Positions 9,775 to 18,157 of a stretch of 48,218 nucleotides of DNA are shown in pieces. The translations under genes were made by a program, and so were the position numbers. Below the pieces are notes generated by a model, which was given only the letters and a program-made list of their open reading frames with translations, was not told the origin of the DNA and made no database searches. The stretch comes from a bacterium (GTDB lineage: Bacteria; Patescibacteriota; Patescibacteriia; 2-12-FULL-60-25). The stretch lies in contig JANLIO010000059.1 in NCBI GenBank assembly GCA_024654265.1, positions 1 to 48,218 on the forward strand, read 5' to 3'. Positions within the stretch are counted from its first letter, which is position 1. Each line of letters opens with the position of its first letter.

Positions 9775-10014
9775 ATGACGGATCAGATCCAAAAGTTTCT
9801 TCGAAAACTTTCCGACAAGGAACGACGTGTGATCACTCGGCTGATCGAAATGATCGTTTTGGGTAAATTGACCGGTTTGGATGTAAAAAAGTTACAGGGA
9901 AGTCAGGATGTCTTTCGTATCCGAAAAGGTGATATTCGAATCATATACCGTAGATCAGACAACGAGGTTTTTATTATCGCCATCGAACGTAGGACGAAAA
10001 ATACCTATAGATAA
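9775..10014 (+). CDS. RelE/ParE-family toxin
   Basis: KFLRKL...DVKKLQG...FRIRKGDIRIIY...IERR...Y. Confidence 0.85.
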   Translation: MTDQIQKFLRKLSDKERRVITRLIEMIVLGKLTGLDVKKLQGSQDVFRIRKGDIRIIYRRSDNEVFIIAIERRTKNTYR

Positions 10015-10096
10015 AAGTGCGTGCGCACATACGAGAGTGAGGATACTCGGTGTCCTTATTTGGAGCGATGCGTGTCAGTCAGACGGGTTTTTTATA

Positions 10097-10130
10097 TTGA
10101 CCGGTTTGTGTAAGTGTTCTATTTTTGTTC
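10097..10130 (+). promoter_or_regulatory. dinB promoter with LexA-box candidate
   Basis: TTGACC(10097)-17 nt-TATTTT(10120); GTTCTATTTTTGTTC at 10116-10130, identical to the lexA site. Confidence 0.85.
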
Positions 10131-10131
10131 T

Positions 10132-11445
10132 ATGTTCCTCCCGCTTTCGGAAAAACTCATTGCTCATGTGGATATGAACTCCTATTTCGCGTCTGTGGAG
10201 CAACAGGCGAATCCAACGTTGCGTGGAAAGCCGATTGGGGTGTGCGCGTATTTGCATGAACATGGATGTGTGATCGCGGCGTCAGTTGAGGCGAAACGTT
10301 TTGGCGTGAAGGTTGGGATGACAGTGCGTGAATCGCGCGCTGTTTGTCCGCATATGGTGTTTGTGGAAAATGATCCGGGGAAATATCGAGCCGTGACAAA
10401 AAGCGTGTTTGGCATTTTGGGTGAATTAACAGATCGGATGGAGCCGTATTCGATTGATGAAGCGTTTCTAGATCTCACGGGTTGGTTTAAAGATCCGGCA
10501 GAGGCAGGATGGGCGCTCGCACGTGCTCGGCAAAGGATCACGGATGAAGTTGGTGAATGGTTGCGCTGTTCCATTGGCATTGCGCCCACGCGTTTCTTGG
10601 CAAAGACAGCGTCAAAAATGGAAAAGCCGAGCGGGCTCACGGTGATTGATCATGAAAATCTTGATGAGATGCTGGGGCGTTTACGTCTTCGTGATTTACA
10701 TGGCATTGGTCCACGCATGGAGCGACGATTTAAGAAGATCGGAATTTATTCGCCACTCGCGCTTAAACAATATCCACTTCAAAATCTTATGCGCCCGTTT
10801 GGGAAATATGGATTTATGATGTGGGCAAAGTTACACGGATGGGAACCGGATCATATTCAAACGGCTGACGAAAACGTACGAAAATCAATTGGTCATTCAT
10901 ATTGTTTACCGGATCGGATAAATGATGGTGAAGGCGGGGTTCTTTCTGTTCTCGTAAAACTTACAGAGCGTGCATCGCGAAGAATGCGAACGTATCGATT
11001 CCTCGCGTCCGTTGTTACTGTCGCAGTCTCTTTTCGTGAAAACGACGACCGTCATCCTATTTCATTTCAGGTTGGAACGATATCGGATTGGCGCAGGCTC
11101 GATGAACCGGCGCAAGATTCATTTGTGCTTATTGATGTGGCGACGCGCCTGTTGCATACGATGTGGAATGGGGAGCGAGTTCGCTTTCTCGCGGTAACAC
11201 TTTCCGAGTTTTCCATTCCAACTGGGCAATTATCGTTGCCAGCTTCATCATCTGATGCCTGCCGAACGCGTACGCATACGCGTCAAAAAGATGTTTCATT
11301 CGCCATCGATGCTATCCGCGATCGGTATGGAGATAACTCAATTATGTTCGGATCTATGTTTGGATCAGAGGAGCACGCCCCTGAGCGCATTGGCTTTCGG
11401 AAAACGGATATGTTGTCGCGTCTTCCAAGACGTGCGGTTTTCTGA
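10132..11445 (+). CDS. dinB: Y-family DNA polymerase (DinB/Pol IV-like) with clamp-binding and RecA-NT-like C-terminal motifs
   Basis: HVDMNSYFASVE, SIDEAFLD, LAK.AS..EKP.G, KSIGH, QLSL, AIDAIRDRYGDNSI. Confidence 0.92.
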   Translation: MFLPLSEKLIAHVDMNSYFASVEQQANPTLRGKPIGVCAYLHEHGCVIAASVEAKRFGVKVGMTVRESRAVCPHMVFVENDPGKYRAVTKSVFGILGELTDRMEPYSIDEAFLDLTGWFKDPAEAGWALARARQRITDEVGEWLRCSIGIAPTRFLAKTASKMEKPSGLTVIDHENLDEMLGRLRLRDLHGIGPRMERRFKKIGIYSPLALKQYPLQNLMRPFGKYGFMMWAKLHGWEPDHIQTADENVRKSIGHSYCLPDRINDGEGGVLSVLVKLTERASRRMRTYRFLASVVTVAVSFRENDDRHPISFQVGTISDWRRLDEPAQDSFVLIDVATRLLHTMWNGERVRFLAVTLSEFSIPTGQLSLPASSSDACRTRTHTRQKDVSFAIDAIRDRYGDNSIMFGSMFGSEEHAPERIGFRKTDMLSRLPRRAVF

Positions 11446-11459
11446 TAATTTGGGACAAT

Positions 11460-13916
11460 ATGAACGAACGATATTCACCTCATGAGATTGAGTCGAAGTG
11501 GCAGGCGACGTGGGAAGAGGACGGAATCTATCATGCAAAGGATGGTGATCCACGTCATCGTGATGAAAAATTTTACGGATTGATCGAATTTCCGTATCCA
11601 TCAGGTGAGGGTTTACACGTTGGTCATCCGCGGTCGTATACAGCGCTTGATATCATGATGCGGAAAAAGCGGATGGAAGGGAAGAACGTTTTGTATCCGA
11701 TTGGGTGGGATGCATTTGGGTTGCCCACGGAAAATTTTGCGATTAAACATAAAATAAAACCACAGGATGCAACAGCGAAAAATGTTGCGAACTTTACGCG
11801 TCAGTTGAAGTCTCTCGGATTTGGTTTTGATTGGTCGCGCGAAATCAACACAACGGATCCGGCATACTATAAATGGACGCAATGGATGTTTTTAAAATTC
11901 TACGACGCGTTTTACGATGAAGAACAAGATCGAGCACGCCCCATCTCTGAGTTTGTCGGGGAGGATCCTGATGCACATCGTTTGGCGTTTAAAGCGAAAA
12001 CAGAGATTAATTGGTGCCCCTCGTGCAAGATCGGATTGGCGAATGAAGAGGCGCAAGGCGGTGTGTGCGAGCGGTGTGGAGGGCCAGTAGAAAAACGGGA
12101 AAAGGAACAGTGGATGTTGCGTATCACAAAGTATGCCGATCGTTTGCTGAATGATCTGGAGTCTGTAGATTATCTTGAACGAATTAAATCTCAGCAGACA
12201 AACTGGATCGGAAAAAGTGAAGGGGCGTATGTGGATTTTGAAATTCGTCCTCCGTTCTCTGCTCGAAGTTCCGCATCATCCGATAACGATTCAGTGTTTG
12301 GTACGATCCGCGTTTTTACCACTCGCCCTGATACGATCGACGGTGCAACATTTTTAGTGATGGCACCGGAGCATGGCATGGTCGCAACGTGGTTGAGCGA
12401 GGGAAGGATTACAAACGCAAAACAGGTTCAAGACTATCAAGCAAAAGCAATTACAAAATCAGATTTGGACAGACAGCGTGAAGATAAGGGTAAAACAGGA
12501 GTTGAATTAAAGGGAGTTCAAGCGATAAATCCAGCGACACAAGAAGAAATCCCTGTTTGGATTGCGGATTATGTTCTTGCCGGATATGGAACGGGTGCCA
12601 TTATGGCGGTTCCTGCATATGACGAGCGTGATCGTGATTTTGCTGATCAATTTAAACTTCCAATCGTTGAAACACCGCTTCGCGACATGGCGGAAACACT
12701 TTCATGGGTTGAAAACCGTGGTATTGGCGAGCGCGCAACAACGTATCGTCTCCGTGATTGGGTATTTTCTCGTCAACGGTATTGGGGTGAACCAATCCCG
12801 CTCGTCTACTGTGATGCGTGTGGAACAGTTCCTCTTTCAATTTCAGATCTTCCGCTTCTTCTTCCAGACGTTGAAGTGTATGAACCAACCGACACGGGGG
12901 AGTCACCGCTCGCGGGAATGACTGAGTGGGTACATACGACATGTCCAACATGCAAAGGTCCGGCAAAACGTGAAACGGATACGATGCCAAACTGGGCCGG
13001 ATCGTCGTGGTATTTTTTGCGATATTGCGATCCGAAAAATAATGACGCCTTTGCTGACGCCGAGAAACTCAAATATTGGATGCCTGTTGATCTCTACAAC
13101 GGTGGAATGGAGCACACAACGCTTCACCTTTTGTATTCTCGTTTTTGGTACAAGGTGCTTTTTGATCTTGAATATATTCCGAAATCATGTGGATCAGAAC
13201 CGTACTCAATGCGAAGATCACATGCGCTCATTCTTGGTGAAGGTGGTATAAAAATGTCGAAATCAAAAGGAAATGTTGTAAATCCGGATGATATTGTCAA
13301 TGAGTACGGCGCCGACATCTTCCGGATTTATGAAATGTTTATCGGCCCATTTGATCAAGACGCGCCGTGGAACACGCGAGGCATTCAGGGTGTAAAACGA
13401 TTTTTGGAAAAAGTGTGGCGCGTGTACACAGAGGATGAGACGCCTCAGTCAGAATCTGAAGAATGCGTCTCTCTCATTCACAAGACGGCTCAAAAAGTCG
13501 GTGATGATATTGAGTCCATGGATTTCAATACCGCTGTCTCAACGCTCATGGTGATGACAAATGAAATGGCAAAGCAAGGAGCATCGTTAACGACGCGTGA
13601 AATGTTCTGCAAACTTCTCGCTCCGTTTGCCCCTCATCTTTCTGAAGAACTGTGGTCACGAATGGGGTACACTGATTCGGTTCACGTATCAGCATGGCCA
13701 AAGGCTGATTCAAGCAAGATTCATCGTGATACGTTCGAGCTCGTCATCCAAGTGGATGGAAAAGTCCGTGACAAAATAATGGTTTCTTCTGATATTTCAG
13801 AGGAACTCGCAAAAGAAAAGGCACTTGCATCCGAAAATGTACAAAAATTTGTAAAAAACAGACAACCTTCACGTATTGTGTACGTCCCAGGGAGACTCGT
13901 GAGTATTGCTATTTAA
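11460..13916 (+). CDS. leuS: Leucine--tRNA ligase
   Basis: FPYPSG.GLHVGH, GWDAFGLP.EN, FTTRPDT, GTGAIMAVP, SRQRYWG.PIP, KMSKS. Confidence 0.98.
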   Translation: MNERYSPHEIESKWQATWEEDGIYHAKDGDPRHRDEKFYGLIEFPYPSGEGLHVGHPRSYTALDIMMRKKRMEGKNVLYPIGWDAFGLPTENFAIKHKIKPQDATAKNVANFTRQLKSLGFGFDWSREINTTDPAYYKWTQWMFLKFYDAFYDEEQDRARPISEFVGEDPDAHRLAFKAKTEINWCPSCKIGLANEEAQGGVCERCGGPVEKREKEQWMLRITKYADRLLNDLESVDYLERIKSQQTNWIGKSEGAYVDFEIRPPFSARSSASSDNDSVFGTIRVFTTRPDTIDGATFLVMAPEHGMVATWLSEGRITNAKQVQDYQAKAITKSDLDRQREDKGKTGVELKGVQAINPATQEEIPVWIADYVLAGYGTGAIMAVPAYDERDRDFADQFKLPIVETPLRDMAETLSWVENRGIGERATTYRLRDWVFSRQRYWGEPIPLVYCDACGTVPLSISDLPLLLPDVEVYEPTDTGESPLAGMTEWVHTTCPTCKGPAKRETDTMPNWAGSSWYFLRYCDPKNNDAFADAEKLKYWMPVDLYNGGMEHTTLHLLYSRFWYKVLFDLEYIPKSCGSEPYSMRRSHALILGEGGIKMSKSKGNVVNPDDIVNEYGADIFRIYEMFIGPFDQDAPWNTRGIQGVKRFLEKVWRVYTEDETPQSESEECVSLIHKTAQKVGDDIESMDFNTAVSTLMVMTNEMAKQGASLTTREMFCKLLAPFAPHLSEELWSRMGYTDSVHVSAWPKADSSKIHRDTFELVIQVDGKVRDKIMVSSDISEELAKEKALASENVQKFVKNRQPSRIVYVPGRLVSIAI

Positions 13917-14020
13917 TATCCTGAGAGGCTTAAGCTTTAGGTTAAATCTCTCTTGTTTTGTATTTTGTTTCGTTTTGAACTTTCTTGACAAGGTCTTTTG
14001 AAATATGGCAGCGGTGAAGG

Positions 14021-15232
14021 ATGGGTCGTTATTTTGGCTGGGGGATGTTTGCCGTCCTGTTTGGAGTCGCTCTTCGTAGTACAGAGTCTTCTTTTTATAT
14101 TCCGCCGTGGTTTTGGATGGTTTCCTTTTTTTGTTTTGTGACGGTATTTCTTTGCATATCAGCCCTTCAGTTTCGTATTGTTGTTTGTCTTGTTTTCGCA
14201 TTTGTATTTGGAATGTGGCGTGTGGATGTTGCACCTCGTCCGCACCTTCGTAGAATCGACGGGCGTGCATTTTTGGTTCGTACGCAAGTGGTTGATGTAT
14301 GGACAGCACGAAGAAATGCAGTGACAGCGCGCATTGCCCCACATTTTTCTCCGGATGAAACAGCACTGGTTGCCGGAATTTTGTATGGTGATGCCGATTT
14401 TTCAAAAACAGCGAAAGATCGGTTTGTCTCATCCGGATTGATGCATGTGGTCGCCGTTTCCGGATCAAATGTAACGATTCTTATCCGAGCGATCTCGCTC
14501 ATACTTCTCTTTTTTGGATTACATCGTCGTCACGCATTTTTTCTTTCCTCAGGATCTCTTATTTTATTTACTCTTTTTGTTGGAATCCAACCGTCCGTTC
14601 TTCGTGCCGGGTTGATGGCGTGGGCTGTTCTTATCGCGCGTGAGATTGGACATCCGACCTCGGCATTTCGACTTCTTTTGACATCGGCATTTATTTTGAT
14701 CATGTGGAATCCGTGGCAACTTTTGTTTGATGTGAGTTTTGCTCTTTCCTTTCTTGCGATGTGGGGAGTTCTCGCGTGGACGCCTATTTTCACAAAGTGG
14801 TTTTGGTTTTTGCCCACGCGTTTCAGTTTGCGCGAAATTGCATCAATGACCGCATCGGCAACATTGATGACGGCACCGTATCTTGCCTGGGCGTTTGGAA
14901 GACTTTCCCTTGCTGGGCTTATCACAAATTTATTCGCACTTCCTTTGGTTCTTTTTATTATGGCGGGTGGTGCCATTGTCGCTGTTCTTGGCACAATGCC
15001 TTTCGCATCTGTTGTCGCCGTTCCGCTCCAAGGCTTTGTTCGAGCGATGTATTTTATCTCGCGTCTTGCGGAGGCGGTTCCATGGCTTGATCTTGGTGTG
15101 CAGAGCATGACATCAGTTTTTTGTGTTTCGGCATATCTCCTTTTGATATTTCTGTGGATAAGTGTGCGTGGAGACATGGATGAGGGGTGTGGAAAAGTCG
15201 GAATATTTTTTGGACGTGTCAGTATCGACTGA
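14021..15232 (+). CDS. comEC: ComEC/Rec2 competence membrane protein (core domain only)
   Basis: F..SGLMHVVAVSGSNV, PSVLRA, NP...FD.SF.LSFLA; many TM segments. Confidence 0.9.
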   Translation: MGRYFGWGMFAVLFGVALRSTESSFYIPPWFWMVSFFCFVTVFLCISALQFRIVVCLVFAFVFGMWRVDVAPRPHLRRIDGRAFLVRTQVVDVWTARRNAVTARIAPHFSPDETALVAGILYGDADFSKTAKDRFVSSGLMHVVAVSGSNVTILIRAISLILLFFGLHRRHAFFLSSGSLILFTLFVGIQPSVLRAGLMAWAVLIAREIGHPTSAFRLLLTSAFILIMWNPWQLLFDVSFALSFLAMWGVLAWTPIFTKWFWFLPTRFSLREIASMTASATLMTAPYLAWAFGRLSLAGLITNLFALPLVLFIMAGGAIVAVLGTMPFASVVAVPLQGFVRAMYFISRLAEAVPWLDLGVQSMTSVFCVSAYLLLIFLWISVRGDMDEGCGKVGIFFGRVSID

Positions 15233-15331
15233 CGCGTGTTCTTTTTGCTGTAACGGTTGAATCTGACAAGGTGTTTATACGTGCTGACACTTTTTTTTGA
15301 CCCGCTTTTCAAACACCCACACACTGATAGT

Positions 15332-15603
15332 GCAGATCGATCTCGTACCTCACACGAACAGAGAGCGCGACGGAATGAAAGGAAGCGGATATATCCGGGC
15401 CAGATCGGGGAAAGAAGCGGCCCCGAAGGAAACCCCGAGTCGGTTTTGACTGATTCGGAGATGGATAGACCACACGTTTGTTTTCTTGCATTCCAGCGTC
15501 GCCTCTCTGTCACGTTGTGTCCCACGCAATCTCCGTGATGCATAGCGGAAATCGCGGGGCGACACATGAGGTGTTGTCTCGTTCATTCACATTTCGGGAT
15601 ATC
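15332..15603 (+). ncRNA. Candidate structured RNA / 5' leader of the M23 peptidase gene
   Basis: TTGACC-17 nt-CACACT upstream; nested stems ACCTCA/TGAGGT, ACAGAGAG-GCGACG-GAATG/CATTC-CGTCGC-CTCTCTGT, TATCC/GGATA; G-U pairs on the + strand. Confidence 0.6.
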
Positions 15604-15615
15604 AAGGAGGAACTC

Positions 15616-16863
15616 ATGTTCCACGCACGTCGGTTTACATACAGTTTCGGTTTGACTGGAATACTCATCATCTTCGAATTTCTTATCTTCGCTCTTGTCT
15701 TTGGTGGCTGTGGCTACTATGACGAGCATGAGATGCAGAAGATCGGAAAAGAAGCATCTTCGATGCAGGCATTGCCTTGCATGGTGACAACGGTGTACGC
15801 ACCCGTGAATTCTGAAGATCTCCAAAACGTGTACCAAGGACGTTCGTTTTATGCGGACGTAAATCACCTTGGTCACGATGTTTCCCTTCCGGAAGGATCG
15901 TCTATCTCACCTGTTGGTTGTGGCAAACTGCAGGTCTATCGTCCGTCGTCAGGGTACGGTCAACTCGTTGTTGTCATCGAGCACGAGTTTCCGTTCCCAG
16001 TACAGCTCACGAACGGTGAGGGTAAGCAGGTGAAGATCACGCGGTTTCTTTCCATCTACGGTCATCTTCGAAAGAGTGAGGATCGAATGGGTGGGAATGC
16101 CTCGTCGTTTTCACCGGGAGATCGTATCGATCCTGTTGATACGATCGGCTACATTGATCAGGACGCGACAAACGGTGACGGCGCCGAGCATGTTCATATC
16201 GGGATTCGACTCCAAAGCGCATCGGACGCGGTAAAGACGGATCCATCCGCGTGGTTTCGCGGATACGATAAAGTGCCAAGCCAGCGAAAATGGTATGCAG
16301 ATCCGCTGACGTTTCTAAATGAAGCGCATACAGCGCTTGGAGGACCTTCGTGTTATGGCACGGGTGGTTCTGGAGGATCTTCTTCAGAGTCCGGTTCGTC
16401 ATCGAGCTCGTCTTCAGGATCGGGAACAATGTCATCGAGCTCATCATCGAGCGGATCTTCCGGCGGATCATCGACCGGAGTTCCTGTGGGCATGATCCAA
16501 TTCGTGTACACCGGACCCGCAATGTCTGGATCACATGAACTGCATGGGATGTGGGATCCTCCGGGACCAAGCTCGGTGTCATGGGGATCCGAAGCAACGG
16601 TTCAATGTCCGGATGTCGTTCCTGGAGATGGCGGGCTGGAATGTCTGTTGGCAATGTCGAGCGGAACACAGTATTTCACGTTTACGGTTCGACTCCCCGA
16701 TGGAAGTTGGTGGGGTGACATGTCGAATGATCCAAAAGGCGGAAAAGGAAAACCGATTGGAAACGTGACTCTCACTGGACCGAATGGAGAAATTTCCTAC
16801 CAAATGGTAAATAATGGAAGTGGACCGGAATACTACAACGGGTTTGTCTCCGTTATCCCGTAA
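15616..16863 (+). CDS. Exported (probable lipoprotein) M23-family metallopeptidase with Gly/Ser linker and unknown C-terminal domain
   Basis: AAGGAGG SD; hydrophobic segment ending FGGC; HLGHD (HxxxD), SIYGHL, HVHIG (HxH), DP..FL. Confidence 0.8.
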   Translation: MFHARRFTYSFGLTGILIIFEFLIFALVFGGCGYYDEHEMQKIGKEASSMQALPCMVTTVYAPVNSEDLQNVYQGRSFYADVNHLGHDVSLPEGSSISPVGCGKLQVYRPSSGYGQLVVVIEHEFPFPVQLTNGEGKQVKITRFLSIYGHLRKSEDRMGGNASSFSPGDRIDPVDTIGYIDQDATNGDGAEHVHIGIRLQSASDAVKTDPSAWFRGYDKVPSQRKWYADPLTFLNEAHTALGGPSCYGTGGSGGSSSESGSSSSSSSGSGTMSSSSSSSGSSGGSSTGVPVGMIQFVYTGPAMSGSHELHGMWDPPGPSSVSWGSEATVQCPDVVPGDGGLECLLAMSSGTQYFTFTVRLPDGSWWGDMSNDPKGGKGKPIGNVTLTGPNGEISYQMVNNGSGPEYYNGFVSVIP

Positions 16864-16868
16864 TTTTC

Positions 16869-16907
16869 GTAGCCTAGAGAAGAAAGAACTTCTCTTTTCT
16901 AGGCTAC
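16869..16907. terminator. Terminator hairpin after M23 gene
   Basis: GTAGCCTAGAGAAGA...TCTTTTCTAGGCTAC. Confidence 0.75.
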
Positions 16908-16951
16908 ATCTTTTCATCTTGTCATCAGCTTGACCGTATGAGAGGATACTA

Positions 16952-16966
16952 GAACGAAAATAGAAC
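16952..16966 (-). promoter_or_regulatory. LexA-box candidate upstream of recA
   Basis: GAACGAAAATAGAAC is the reverse complement of GTTCTATTTTCGTTC (1 mismatch to the lexA/dinB sites). Confidence 0.8.
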
Positions 16967-16990
16967 AAAGATTGTTTGTGAGAACCATGT

Positions 16991-17032
16991 GTTCCATATT
17001 CCATATTCCATATTCCAAATTCATTATTCATT
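16991..17032. repeat. 7-bp tandem repeat upstream of recA
   Basis: gttccat attccat attccat attccaa attcatt attcatt. Confidence 0.8.
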
Positions 17033-17045
17033 TTAAAATAAAGAT

Positions 17046-18119
17046 ATGGCAAAGAAAGCAACGAATGAAAGGACCGAGCGTCAGGCTGCGGCGGAAGCAG
17101 CGATTGAACAAATCAAAGAAAAATTCGGAGAAGGTTCAATTATGCGTTTAGGTGAAGCAAAGAGAATGGAAATCGATGCGATACCGACCGGTTGTTTGTC
17201 GCTTGATATGGCGCTTGGTGTGATGGGAGTGCCACGTGGGCGTGTTGTTGAAATCTATGGTCCGGAAGCTTCTGGAAAAACAACGCTTGCCCAACATATT
17301 ATCGCCGAACTTCAGAAGTCAGGAGGGATTGCTGCGTTTGTTGATGCGGAACACGCACTTGATCCTGAATACGCGCGCAAGATTGGCGTGAATGTTGATG
17401 AACTTTTGATTTCACAGCCGGATAGCGGGGAGCAGGCGCTTGATATTGTTGATACGTTGGTTCGTTCAAATGGTGTTGATGTCATTGTCATCGATTCGGT
17501 AGCTGCACTGACGCCTCGGAGTGAACTTGAGGGCGAGATGGGTGATCGGCATGTTGGGTTGCAGGCAAGATTAATGAGCCAAGCACTACGAAAATTAACG
17601 TCCATTATCTCTCGTTCAAAAACATGTGTTATTTTTATTAACCAGATCCGTTTAAAGATTGGCGTCGTGTATGGAAATCCGGAAACAACGACGGGTGGCA
17701 TGGCGTTGAAATTTTACTCATCAGTGCGGATCGAAGTTCGTCGTCGTGCTCAAATTAAAATGGGGGAACAGATTATTGGAAATCGCGTGAAAGCGAAAAT
17801 TGTAAAAAATAAAGTTGCCGCACCATTTCGAGCATGTGAATTTGATATCATGTATAACGAAGGCATTTCCCTGTCCGGAGATTTATTGGATGTCGGAGTG
17901 GCGATGGGAGTTGTTAAAAAATCTGGACACTCGTACAGCTATAAAGAGGAGAAGTTGGGCCTTGGGCGAGAAAAGGCAAAAGCGAGTTTGCGCTCACAGC
18001 CAGAGCTTATGTCAGCGATCCGAGAAGAATGTATTCTTGCAAAGCAAATAAGCGATGAAGAGGGGAACGATATTGCGTTGTCAGGAAGTGCATCAATGGT
18101 TGAAGAAGTAGACGCGTGA
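17046..18119 (+). CDS. recA: Recombinase RecA
   Basis: [60 protein letters not shown]. Confidence 0.99.
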   Translation: MAKKATNERTERQAAAEAAIEQIKEKFGEGSIMRLGEAKRMEIDAIPTGCLSLDMALGVMGVPRGRVVEIYGPEASGKTTLAQHIIAELQKSGGIAAFVDAEHALDPEYARKIGVNVDELLISQPDSGEQALDIVDTLVRSNGVDVIVIDSVAALTPRSELEGEMGDRHVGLQARLMSQALRKLTSIISRSKTCVIFINQIRLKIGVVYGNPETTTGGMALKFYSSVRIEVRRRAQIKMGEQIIGNRVKAKIVKNKVAAPFRACEFDIMYNEGISLSGDLLDVGVAMGVVKKSGHSYSYKEEKLGLGREKAKASLRSQPELMSAIREECILAKQISDEEGNDIALSGSASMVEEVDA

Positions 18120-18157
18120 CGTTTTGGAAGAAAATCAGTATCCTTTAGAGAGTTCCC

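Noticed and set aside
15153..15196. DnaA boxes (TGTGGATAA, TGTGGAAAA) as oriC
   Set aside because: Only two boxes, inside the comEC 3' end, with no dnaA/dnaN or AT-rich unwinding element; at most regulatory
14530..15567. 345-aa minus-strand ORF (similarly 37499-38455 and 16037-16669)
   Set aside because: Antisense to well-supported genes (comEC, gyrA, M23 peptidase)
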